A stretch of 64,000 nt of DNA from Macrostomum hystrix (taxonomy: Eukaryota > Animalia > Platyhelminthes): contig CATNEN010000034.1 in the NCBI GenBank assembly GCA_950097015.1, positions 248,001 to 312,000 of the forward strand, given 5' to 3'. Positions 48,421 to 60,825 of this stretch are shown here, one piece after another (the first letter of the stretch is position 1; each line of letters starts with the position of its first letter). Both the position numbers and the translations under genes were made by a program. The notes under the pieces were generated by a model. The model saw only the letters and a program-made list of their open reading frames with translations, did not search any database and was not told the origin of the DNA.

Positions 48421-50234
48421 CTCGTAAGTTTCTATAATCAAAGTAAACAAAAAAATTTCTCATATTTTGTCAAGTTAAGATCGTAATTTCATTCGCTTAT
48501 CCACTCTCTTGTCCGTGTCCAACTGGTATTCGTATTAATTCGTTTCGCCTTTGGAGTTGGCGTATTTTTCTCATAATCTCCATCCAATAAACCAGAATTA
48601 ATCTTTTTGAACTGTCATCCCGGTTTTTGAGCAACATCTCCTTTTCTTATAAATGCTTCTGAAGTTAATTTGCGTTTAGCGACTCGTAATTATGTCATTA
48701 TTGGTTCTTTCCCAACCCCTGCCATGCCTTCTAAATGATTTTATTAAAAATGGCTTCCTATTTTTAGTGGATTGTCATGAAATCGCTAGTTATTATTAAC
48801 CAATCCTGTTCACTGTACACCCTTGTGGTAATCTCCTTTTTCAACCCCGGATATTTGCCAGATCCACCCTTTGATCTCTATTATCGATTTTCCCCTCCAG
48901 TCTAGCGTCTGCACCCACCTTGTTTTTCTCTCCCTCTGCGCTCGTTGTCGTGTGTTAACCCCCTTCTGTCCTAGCCTGTCAAATAATAGAATATACAGTT
49001 TGTAATAGGCCTCTAAAATATAAATTCCTTTTTTTACTAGTTAAATTTACGCGAATAACAATAAGCGCGATCCAATATGTATATACTTTGTAATAAAGTG
49101 TTGTTAATAATTGCAAATAACACAATATAAGCAAGTAATTTTTAGAGCAAAGTCATCTTCTTGTGCCTTCGGGACAACTTTCCTTGAAAACAAGTGAACA
49201 AATTATACCAAAGGTTTTTGAGAGTTTTTTCTTCAGAATCTATACCTGAAGATTTACCTGAATCTTACCTGAATCAGAGAAAGATTTACCTGAACAAGAG
49301 AGTTCAGAGGATATAAAGACAGTTGACCTGTATAGGATATTCAGAGGATAACCAGAGTAATTCCCAAATTTCGGAGTCTATCCATAGGTTTATAAGGGCC
49401 TATTGCTGTGACCCTCTTCTGTGATCCACAGGTACCCCTGACGGATTGCGTGCATAACCGGTGCCAAAAGACCTCTCAGGCTACGTATACACGTACAAGA
49501 GAGAGAAAGAGAGAGAAACGCTAGCCTAGAGAAATAAAAGTGCATTTAGTAGTATGAATAAGGAATATCTTAGGAACATTCCTCTGATAGCAGCCCCTTC
49601 TGCTTGGTGGCAGCGCTACTAGTAAGAAATAGGGACTTTTAGTAACTAAAAGGTAAGACTGGTATTAATGAGAGTAGAGACAGTAATAGTGAGAGTGTAA
49701 CATTACAGTTAAGAACATTCAAGAGAGAGCCCTGTAGCAAGTTAGAGGCCCGAAGCAGGGCCGGAGTGTTTTCTAGCCTTTCAAATCATAACCTCGAAGT
49801 CTCATTTTATTAACAGTCAGCATGTAATCAACGCGTTTCTAACAGGACGACCGAGGTTTGTTTAATGTGTTCGTACCCTAGACAACTGCGTTGCTTACAC
49901 AGTGACGTCATTTAAACACGAACTTCCCATGTTCGAATAGAATATTTGGGCACAAAAAACAAAGCAAAAGGCGAGAGCTTGGTGCGACAAGCGGTACACA
50001 AAACAGCAAAAATGTGGGCTGAAATAACCACAAAAGTGCCGGATGTGGAGGTGTTTAAGCGCGAAGCGGGTTTACCATGAAGAGGCCACGAATGGCGCTC
50101 TGAAATGAAAACGAAATACAGGCAACGCACAGTAACGTTTACAATTTAAACAGGAAAAATACGAAATGCTGAAAAGAATAGACAATACATCTGAAATATT
50201 GAATTATAATTGCATAATTTTACATAATTTAATT

Positions 50235-50640
50235 GTACACAGTTAAAACCCAAACCGGTTCAGATAAGAGCTCTGATTGGCTGGTCTTGAATTGTACACA
50301 GTTAAAACCCAAACCGGTTCAGATAAGAGCTCTGATTGGCTGGTCTAGAATTGTACACAGTTTAAACCCAAACCGGTTCAGATAAGAGCTCTGATTGGCT
50401 GGTCTTGAATTGTACACAGTTTAAACCCAAACCGGTTCAGATAAGAGCTCTGATTGGCTGGTCTTGAATTTTACAACCCAAACCGGTTCAGATAAGAGCT
50501 CTGATTGGCTGGTCTTGAATTTTACAACCCAAACCGGTTCAGATAAGAGCTCTGATTGGCTGGTCTTGAATTGTACACAGTTTAAACCCAAACCGGTTCA
50601 GATAAGAGCTCGGATTGGCTGGTCTTGAATTGTACAAGAG
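50235..50640. repeat. 59/51-bp repeat x7, homologous to the 44.7-kb array
   Basis: cccaaaccggttcagataagagctctgattggctggtcttgaatt repeated. Confidence 0.95.
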
Positions 50641-50734
50641 CGCAGCCAAGATAATCTAAGAATATTTCCTCAGCTAGTGGCAAATTACACTAGTTAAACC
50701 AATTTTTACCAATGCTTGCTGGCATGTCCCAAGA

Positions 50735-52767
50735 TCACTGGCATTCGCAAAACAGACCGTCGGGTGAATGTCCGGTGCCCTGGACAACGCGATCGCAGGC
50801 GGTGCAGACGCCAACGCCGAGCAGCCGCGGATTTCCTGTCGGGCTTCGCCGCCTCCTCTTGACTTGGGCCAAGTGACAGCCTAGGAACACAGTAAGGCCG
50901 ACGCAGATGACAACGCCAGAGAGAACTCCACCTACAATCAAATAAGCAATGATGGCAGCCTCATTCTCATCGGTAGTGGCGTTGACAAACGGCTCAACTG
51001 TTGTTACATCGGGCACATTTTCAGTGCTGATGACCGTGCCGCTGTGAGTAGTGGGATAGGCTGCGGTAGTCAGCTGGCAATCCAAGCTGCAAGCCCGAGT
51101 CACATTGTACAGGCAGCGGATGATATCCAGCTGGGTTGGCAGCGGATTACCATCGGCATCCACGGCGCTCGACAAAGTCGGGCAGCTGAGGCACACGATG
51201 CACAGCTCGTCCAAGTACTGGCAGGGGCCGCAGGTCGGCGGCTCAGCCGAGGCGTCGCAATCGGCTGGCGTCGTATGGAACTCTGAGCACGGCCCGAGCC
51301 TCTTGGCTGCATCTGTCAGAGTATACCAGGAAGCATATCAGGTGGAGTATCTATCAGGTAGAGTATCTATCAGGTGGAGTATCTATCAGGTGGAGTATCT
51401 ATCAGGTGGAGTATCTATCAGGTGGAGTATCTATCAGGTGGAGTATCTATCAGGTGGAGTATCTATCAGGTGGAGTATCTATCAGGCGGAGTATCTATCA
51501 GGTGGAGTATCTATCAGGTGGAGTATCTATCAGGTGGAGTATCTATCAGGTGGAGTATCTATCAGGTGGAGTATCTATCAGGTGGAGTATCTATCAGGTG
51601 GAGTATCTATCAGGTGGAGTATCTATCAGGTGGAGTATCTATCAGGTGGAGTATCTACCAGGTGGAGTATCTATCAGGTGGAGTATCTATCAGGTGGAGT
51701 ATCTATCAGGTGGAGTATCTATCAGGTGGAGTATCTATCAGGTGGAGTATCTATCAGGTGGAGTATCTATCAGGCGGAGTATCTATCAGGTGGAGTATCT
51801 ATCAGGTGGAGTATCTATCAGGTGGAGTATCTATCAGGTGGAGTATCTATCAGGTGGAGTATCTATCAGGTGGAGTATCTATCAGGTGGAGTATCTATCA
51901 GGTGGAGTATCTATCAGGTGGAGTATCTATCAGGTGGAGTATCTACCAGGTGGAGTATCTATCAGGTGGAGTATCTATCAGGTGGAGTATCTATCAGGTG
52001 GAGTATCTATCAGGTGGAGTATCTATCAGGTGGAGTATCTATCACTCCCCCCCCGAGTTAGAATATCTAGGGGGGGGAGTCTAGCCAGCTGAGTTAGAAT
52101 ATCTAGGTGGGGGGAGTCTAGCCAGCTGAGTTATAATATCTAGGGGGGGGAGTCTAGCCAGCTGAGTTAGAATATCTAGGGGGGGAGTCTAGCCAGCTGA
52201 GTTAGAATATCTAGGGGGGGAGTCTAGCCAGCTGAGTTAGAATATCTAGGGGGGGGGAGTCTAGCCAGCTGAGTTAGAATATCTAGGGGGGGGAGTCTAG
52301 CCAGCTGAGTTAGAATATCTAGGGGGGGAAGTCTAGCCAGCTGAGTTAGAATATCTAGGGGGGGAGTCTAGCCAGCTGAGTTAGAATATCTAGGTGGGGG
52401 GGAAGTCTAGCCAGCTGAGTTAGAATATCTAGGGGGGGAGTCTAGCCAGCTGAGTTAGAATATCTAGGGGGGGAAGTCTAGCCAGCTGAGTTAGAATATC
52501 TAGGGGGGGGGAAGTCTAGCCAGCTGAGTTAGAATATCTAGGGGGGGGGAAGTCTAGCCAGCTGAGTTAGAATATCTAGGGGGGGAAGTCTAGCCAGCTG
52601 AGTTAGTAGAATATCTAGGGGGGGGGGAAGTCTGTGATCCACAGGTCAACTGTAAAGCCAGCCAGGTGAAAATTTCGAATTACTCAAAAATAGAAACTGT
52701 ACTTACTAAAGCACGTCAAGAATTTCAAAAAAACTAAAATATTGAAGACAAAATACTTAATAAACAT
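50735..52767 (-). CDS. TNFR-like (BCMA/TACI-type) Cys-rich type I membrane protein, copy 2, ~212 aa; exon 51312-50735 plus candidate signal-peptide exon 52767-52707
   Basis: Acceptor ctgacag|AT (phase 1) opens AAKRLGPC...C...CGPCQYLDELCIVCLSC...C..RACSLDC, a Thr-rich stalk, TM, KRRRR and a Cys-containing tail. Candidate exon 1 MFIKYFVFNILVFLKFLTCF A|gtaagt is phase 1 and joins in frame; this exon is less certain. Confidence 0.7.
51336..52044. repeat. 16-bp minisatellite (ATCAGGTGGAGTATCT)n x~44
   Basis: Directly visible; ends ~23 bp from the acceptor at 51313. Confidence 0.98.
52045..52632. repeat. ~35-bp minisatellite with G6-G9 runs (GAGTTAGAATATCTAGGGGGGGAGTCTAGCCAGCT)n x~16
   Basis: Directly visible. 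Confidence 0.96.
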
Positions 52768-53264
52768 AGCTAAAAACTAAACTAAAAACTATAGATACGT
52801 TTTTTGGCTTCAGAATTGACGACCAGCTATGCTGATGGGCTTGCTAATTTGTGAATTTGTCAGAGAGTTTTAAAGAACACATGCCATACTTATAAAAACT
52901 GCTGCGATGACTCTATGCTAAAAATAGGCATGAACATGGCACTAAACTGTTGCTGGTTAGTAGAGACAGAAGACAGAAGACGGGTGTACGCTGTGCCCAC
53001 AGGTGTATTATATACACTGTATTGACGAACGTGCAGCACAACGATGTAGCCCTCACTCACATAGTTGAGACAATATAAATTCGGCAAGCACTGAATTCTG
53101 AGCACTGCACGTTTTAGTCTGTAAGCAACTTGCTGATGGAGATCTGAAAACGCTTAGATAATATGAAAACAAAAATTACTCGTATAAGTTTAAAATGTAT
53201 ATTTTGAGGAACGCATACTTAATTACAGAATTTTGCTGGAACTAATGAGAAATGCAACTCGGAT

Positions 53265-56200
53265 CTGCTCATACTGGCTCATAGTGGAACAAAAGTATAA
53301 CCTGGATCTGTTCTTAGTGGAACAAAAGTATAACCTGGATCTGTTCATAGTGAAACAAAAGTATAACCTGGATCTGTTCTTAGTGGAACAAAAGTATAAC
53401 CTGGATCTGTTCATAGTGGAACAGAAGTATAACCTGGATCTGTTCATAGTGGAACAGAAGTATAACCTGGATCTGTTCATAGTGGAACAAAAGTATAACC
53501 TGGATCTGTTCATAGTGGAACAGAAGTATAACTCGGATCTGTTCATAGTGGCTCATAGTGGAACAGAAGTATAACTCAGATCTGCTCATAGTGGAACAGA
53601 AGTATAACTCAGATCTGCTCATAGTGGAACAGAAGTATAACTCAGATCTGCTCATAGTGGAACAGAAGTATAACTCAGATCTGCTCATAGTGGAACAGAA
53701 GAATAACTTGGATCTGCTCATAGTGGAACAGAAGTATAACTCAGATCTGCTCATAGTGGAACAGAAGTATAACTCAGATCTGCTCACAGTGGAACAGAAT
53801 TATAACTTGGATCTGCTCATAGTGGAACAGAATTATAACTTGGATCTGCTCATAATGGAACAGAAGTATAACTCGGATCTGCTCATAGTGGAACAGAAGT
53901 ATAACTCGGATCTGCTCATAGTGGAACAGAAGTATAACTCGGATCTGTTCATAGTGGAACAGAAGTATAACTTGGATCTGCTCATAGTGGAACAGAAGTA
54001 TAACTTGGATCTGCTCATAGTGGAACAGAAGTATAACTCAGATCTGCTCATAGTGGAACAGATGTATAACTCGGATCTGTTCATAGTGGAACAGAAGTAT
54101 AACTCGGATCTGCTCATAGTGGAACAGAAGTATAACTTGGATCTGCTCATAGTGGAACAAAAGTATAACCTCGATCTGTTCATAGTGGAACAAAAGTATA
54201 ACCTGGATCTGTTCATAGTGGAACAAAAGTATAACCTGGATCTGTTCATAGTGGAACAAAAGTATAACCTGGATCTGTTCATAGTGGAACAAAAGTATAA
54301 CCTGGATCTGTTCATAGTGGAACAAAAGTATAACCTCGATCTGTTCATAGTGGAACAAAAGTATAACCTGGATCTGTTCATAGTGGAACAAAAGTATAAC
54401 CTGGATCTGTTCATAGTGGAACAAAAGTATAACCTGGATCTGTTCATAGTGGAACAGAAGTATAACTCGGATCTGTTCATAGTGGCTCATAGTGGAACAG
54501 AAGTATAACTCAGATCTGCTCATAGTGGAACAGAAGTATAACTCAGATCTGCTCATAGTGGAACAGAATTATAACTTGGATCTGCTCATAGTGGAACAGA
54601 ATTATAACTTGGATCTGCTCATAGTGGAACAGATTTATAACTTGGATCTGCTCATAATGGAACAGAAGTATAACTCGGATCTGCTCATAGTGGAACAGAA
54701 GTACAACTCAGATCTGCTCATAGTGGAACAGAAGTATAACTCGGATCTGCTCATAGTGGAACAGAAGTATAACTCAGATCTGCTCATAGTGGAACAGAAG
54801 TATAACTCGGATCTGCTCATAGTGGAACAGAAGTATAACTCAGATCTGCTCATAGTGGAACAGAAGTATAACTCGGATCTGTTCATAGTGGAACAGAAGT
54901 ATAACTTGGATCTGCTCATAGTGGAACAGAAGTATAACTTGGATCTGCTCATAGTGGAACAGAAGTATAACTCAGATCTGCTCATAGTGGAACAGATGTA
55001 TAACTCGGATCTGTTCATAGTGGAACAGAAGTATAACTCGGATCTGCTCATAGTGGAACAGAAGTATAACTTGGATCTGCTCATAGTGGAACAGAAGTAT
55101 AACTCAGATCAGCTCACAGTGGAACAGAATTATAACTTGGATCTGCTCATAGTGGAACAGATTTATAACTTGGATCTGCTCATAATGGAACAGAAGTATA
55201 ACTCGGATCTGCTCATAGTGGAACAGAAGTATAACTCAGATCTGCTCATAGTGGAACAGAAGTATAACTCGGATATGCTCATAGTGGAACAAAAGTATAA
55301 CTCAGATCTGCTCATAGTGGAACAGAAGTATAACTCGGATCTGCTCATAGTGGAACAGAAGTATAACTCAGATCTGCTCATAGTGGAACAGAAGTATAAC
55401 TCGGATCTGCTCATAGTGGAACAGAAGTATAACTCGGATCTGTTCATAGTGGCTCATAGTGGAACAGAAGTATAACTCAGATCTGTTCATAGTGGAACAA
55501 AAGTATAACCTCGATCTGTTCATAGTGGAACAGAAGTATAACCTGGATCTGTTCATAGTGGAACAGAAGTATAACTCGGATCTGCTCATAGTGGAACAGA
55601 AGTATAACTCGGATCTGTTCATAGTGGCTCATAGTGGAACAGAAGTATAACTCAGATCTGTTCATAGTGGAAAAAAGTATAAACTCGATCTGTTCATAGT
55701 GGAACAGAAGTATAACCTGGATCTGTTCATAGTGGAACAGAAGTATAACTCGGATCTGTTCATAGTGGCTCATAGTGGAACAGAAGTATAACTCAGATCT
55801 GTTCATAGTGGAACAAAAGTATAACTCAGATCTGTTCATAATGGAACAGAAGTATAACTCAGATCTGCTCATAATGGAACAGAAGTATAACTCAGATCTG
55901 TTCATAGTGGAACAGAAGTATAACTCGGATCTGTTCATAGTGGCTCATAGTGGAACAGAAGTATAACTCAGATCTGTTCATAGTGGAACAAAAGTATAAC
56001 CTGGATCTGTTCATAGTGGAACAGAAGTATAACTCGGATCTGCTCATAGTGGAACAGAAGTATAACTCAGATCTGCTCATAGTGGAACAGAAGTATAACT
56101 TGGATCTGCTCATAGTGGAACAGAATTATAACTTGGATCTGCTCATAGTGGAACAGATGTATAACTCAGATCTGCTCATAGTGGAACAGAAGTATAACTT

Positions 56201-59200
56201 GGATCTGCTCATAGTGGAACAGATTTATAACTTGGATCTGCTCATAGTGGAACAGAAGTATAACTCAGATCTGTTCATAATGGAACAGAAGTATAACTCA
56301 GATCTGCTCATAATGGAACAGAAGTATAACTCAGATCTGTTCATAGTGGAACAGAAGTATAACTTGGATCTGCTCATAGTGGAACCGAAGTATAACTCAG
56401 ATCTGTTCATAGTGGAACAAAAGTATAACCTGGATCTGTTCATAGTGGAACAGAAGTATAACTCGGATCTGTTCATAGTGGCTCATAGTGGAACAGAAGT
56501 ATAACTCAGATCTGCTCATAGTGGAACAGAAGTATAACTCAGATCTGCTCATAGTGGAACAGAAGTATAACTTGGATCTGCTCATAGTGGAACAGAATTA
56601 TAACTTGGATCTGCTCATAGTGGAACAGATGTATAACTCAGATCTGCTCATAGTGGAACAGAAGTATAACTTGGATCTGCTCATAGTGGAACAGATTTAT
56701 AACTTGGATCTGCTCATAGTGGAACAGAAGTATAACTCAGATAAGCTCACAGTGGAACAGAATTATAACTTGGATCTGCTCATAGTGGAACAGATTTATA
56801 ACTTGGATCTGCTCATAGTGGAACAGAAGTATAACTCGGATCTGTTCATAGTGGCTCATAGTGGAACAGAAGTATAACTCAGATCTGTTCATAGTGGAAC
56901 AAAAGTATAACCTGGATCTGTTCATAGTGGAACAGAAGTATAACTCGGATCTGCTCATAGTGGAACAGAAGTATAACTCAGATCTGCTCATAGTGGAACA
57001 GAAGTATAACTTGGATCTGCTCATAGTGGAACAGAATTATAACTTGGATCTGCTCATAGTGGAACAGATGTATAACTCAGATCTGCTCATAGTGGAACAG
57101 AAGTATAACTTGGATCTGCTCATAGTGGAACAGATTTATAACTTGGATCTGCTCATAGTGGAACAGAAGTATAACTCAGATCTGTTCATAATGGAACAGA
57201 AGTATAACTCAGATCTGCTCATAATGGAACAGAAGTATAACTCAGATCTGTTCATAGTGGAACAGAAGTATAACTTGGATCTGCTCATAGTGGAACCGAA
57301 GTATAACTCAGATCTGTTCATAGTGGAACAAAAGTATAACCTGGATCTGTTCATAGTGGAACAGAAGTATAACTCGGATCTGTTCATAGTGGCTCATAGT
57401 GGAACAGAAGTATAACTCAGATCTGCTCATAGTGGAACAGAAGTATAACTCAGATCTGCTCATAGTGGAACAGAAGTATAACTTGGATCTGCTCATAGTG
57501 GAACAGAATTATAACTTGGATCTGCTCATAGTGGAACAGATGTATAACTCAGATCTGCTCATAGTGGAACAGAAGTATAACTTGGATCTGCTCATAGTGG
57601 AACAGATTTATAACTTGGATCTGCTCATAGTGGAACAGAAGTATAACTCAGATAAGCTCACAGTGGAACAGAATTATAACTTGGATCTGCTCATAGTGGA
57701 ACAGATTTATAACTTGGATCTGCTCATAGTGGAACAGAAGTATAACTCGGATCTGTTCATAGTGGCTCATAGTGGAACAGAAGTATAACTCAGATCTGCT
57801 CATAGTGGAACAGAATTATAACTTGGATCTGCTCATAGTGGAACAGAATTATAACTTGGATCTGCTCATAGTGGAACAGAATTATAACTTGGATCTGCTC
57901 ATAGTGGAACAGATTTATAACTCGGATCTGTTCATAGTGGCTCATAGTGGAACAGAAGTATAACTCAGATCTGTTCATAGTGGAACAAAAGTATAACCTC
58001 GATCTGTTCATAGTGGAACAGAAGTATAACCTGGATCTGTTCATAGTGGAACAGAAGTATAACTCGGATCTGTTCATAGTGGCTCATAGTGGAACAGAAG
58101 TATAACTCAGATCTGTTCATAGTGGAACAAAAGTATAACTCAGATCTGTTCATAATGGAACAGAAGTATAACTCAGATCTGCTCATAATGGAACAGAAGT
58201 ATAACTCAGAACTGTTCATAGTGGAACAGAAGTATAACTTGGATCTGCTCATAGTGGAACAGAAGTATAACTCAGATCTGTTCATAGTGGAACAAAAGTA
58301 TAACCTGGATCTGTTCATAGTGGAACAGAAGTATAACTCGGATCTGTTCATAGTGGCTCATAGTGGAACAGAAGTATAACTCAGATCTGCTCATAGTGGA
58401 ACAGAAGTATAACTTGGATCTGCTCATAGTGGAACAGATTTATAACTTGGATCTGCTCATAGTGGAACAGAAGTATAACTCAGATCAGCTCACAGTGGAA
58501 CAGAATTATAACTTGGATCTGCTCATAGTGGAACAGATTTATAACTTGGATCTGCTCATAGTGGAACAGAAGTATAACTCGGATCTGTTCATAGTGGCTC
58601 ATAGTGGAACAGAAGTATAACTCAGATCTGCTCATAGTGGAACAGAATTATAACTTGGATCTGCTCATAGTGGAACAGAATTATAACTTGGATTTGCTCA
58701 TCGTGGAACAGAATTATAACTTGGATCTGCTCATAGTGGAACAGATTTATAACTTGGATCTGCTCATAGTGGAACAGAAGTATAACTCGGATCTGTTCAT
58801 AGTGGCTCATAGTGGAACAGAAGTATAACTCAGATCTGCTCATAGTGGAACAGAATTATAACTTGGATCTGCTCATAGTGGAACAGAATTATAACTTGGA
58901 TCTGCTCATAGTGGAACAGAATTATAACTTGGATCTGCTCATAGTGGAACAGATGTATAACTCAGATCAGCTCACAGTGGAACAGAATTATAACTTGGAT
59001 CTGCTCATAGTGGAACAGATTTATAACTTGGATCTGCTCATAATGGAACAGAAGTATAACTCGGATCTGCTCATAGTGGAACAGAAGTAAACCTCAGATC
59101 TGCTCATAGTGGAACAGAAGTATAACTCGGATCTGCTCATAGTGGAACAGAAGTATAACTCGGATCTGTTCATAGTGGAACAGAAGTATAACTTGGATCT

Positions 59201-60422
59201 GCTCATAGTGGAACAGAAGTATAACTTGGATCTGCTCATAGTGGAACAGAAGTATAACTTGGATCTGCTCATAGTGGAACAGATGTATAACTTGGATCTG
59301 CTCATAGTGGAACAGAAGTATAACTCAGATCAGCTCACAGTGGAACAGAAGTATAACTTGGATCTGCTCATAGTGGAACAGATGTATAACTTGGATCTGC
59401 TCATAGTGGAACAGAAGTATAACTTGGATCTGAAAATAGTGGAACAGAAGTATAACTCGGATCTGTTCATAGTGGCTCATAGTGGAACAGAAGTATAACT
59501 CGTATCTGCTCATAGTGGAACAGAAGTATAACTCGTATCTGCTCATAGTGGAACAAAAGTATAACTCAGATCTGTTCATAGTGGAACAGAAGTATAACTC
59601 GTATCTACTCATAGTGGCTCATAGCCAATTGAGCCACTATGTCATAGTGGAACAGAAGTATAACTTGGATCTGCTCATAGTGGAACAGAAGTATAACTTG
59701 GATCTGCTCATAGTGGAACAGAATTATAACTCGGATCTGTTCATAGTGGCTCATAGTGGAACAGAAGTATAACTCGGATCTGTTCATAGTGGCTCATAGT
59801 GGAACAGAAGTATAACTTGGATCTGCACATAGTGGAACAGAATTACAACTCGGATCTGTTCATAGTGGCTCATAGTGGAACAGAAGTATAACTCGGATCT
59901 GTTCATAGTGGCTCATAGTGGAACAGAAGTATAACTCGAATATATTCATAGTATAACAGAAGTCTAACTCGGATCTGCTCACAGTGGCTCATAGTGGAAC
60001 AGAAGTATAACTCGGATCTGTTCATAGTGGCTCATAGTGGAACAGAAGTATAACTTGGATCTGCACATAGTGGAACAGAATTACAACTCGGATCTGTTCA
60101 TAGTGGCTCATAGTGGAACAGAAGTATAACTCGGATCTGTTCATAGTGGCTCATAGTGGAACAGAAGTATAACTCGGATCTGTTCATAGTGGCTCATAGT
60201 GGAACAGAAGTATAACTCGGATCTGTTCATAGTGGCTCATAGTGGAACAGAAGTATAACTTGGATCTGCACATAGTGGAACAGAATTACAACTCGGATCT
60301 GTTCATAGTGGCTCATAGTGGAACAGAAGTATAACTCGAATCTGTTCATAGTATAACAGAAGTCTAACTCGGATCTGCTCACAGTGGCTCATAGTGGAAC
60401 AGAAGTATACCTCGGATCTGCT
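53265..60422. repeat. ~7.1-kb 33-bp satellite (ATAGTGGAACAGAAGTATAACTCGGATCTGCTC)n with interspersed 10-bp partial units and higher-order repeats
   Basis: Directly visible; identical ORF pairs offset by 911 bp (55950/56861, 56488/57399). Confidence 0.98.
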
Positions 60423-60642
60423 CATAGGTGGGATTGGGATCTTAGAGACTGACTGGGGATCCTACGGGTGGTGTTGACAATCCATCTACTATCTGGATTC
60501 AGAAATTTGAAGCATTTTTGTTCTCTTTGAAGAGTTGGGGACCCGACCAAGCTGCTAAGATCCCAAATTAACTTTTTTGTTTCTTCAATATATTCCTTCT
60601 CTTTAATCCTCAGCTTTCCTTCTAATATGGCCGGATCGGATC

Positions 60643-60825
60643 CCAAACTGGGAGGGTTTGAATCTCAAACTGGGAGGATTGAATCCCAAACTAGGAGGAT
60701 TGAATCCCAAACTAGGAAGATTTGAATACCAAACTAGGAGGATTTGAATTCAAAACTAGGAGGATTTGAATCCCAAACTGGGAGGATTGAATCCCAAACT
60801 AGGAGGATTGAATCCCAAACTCGTG
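60643..60825. repeat. 21-bp repeat (CCCAAACTAGGAGGATTGAAT) x~8
   Basis: Directly visible. Confidence 0.92.

Noticed and set aside
53223-59787. Dozens of long ORFs (VEQKYNSDLLI etc.) and similar repeat ORFs at 4.6, 6.4, 14.3, 22-23, 27, 29.6, 31, 37, 39 and 51.4 kb
   Set aside because: They are translations of tandem repeats that lack stops in some frames, often open on both strands and mostly inside introns of well-supported genes.
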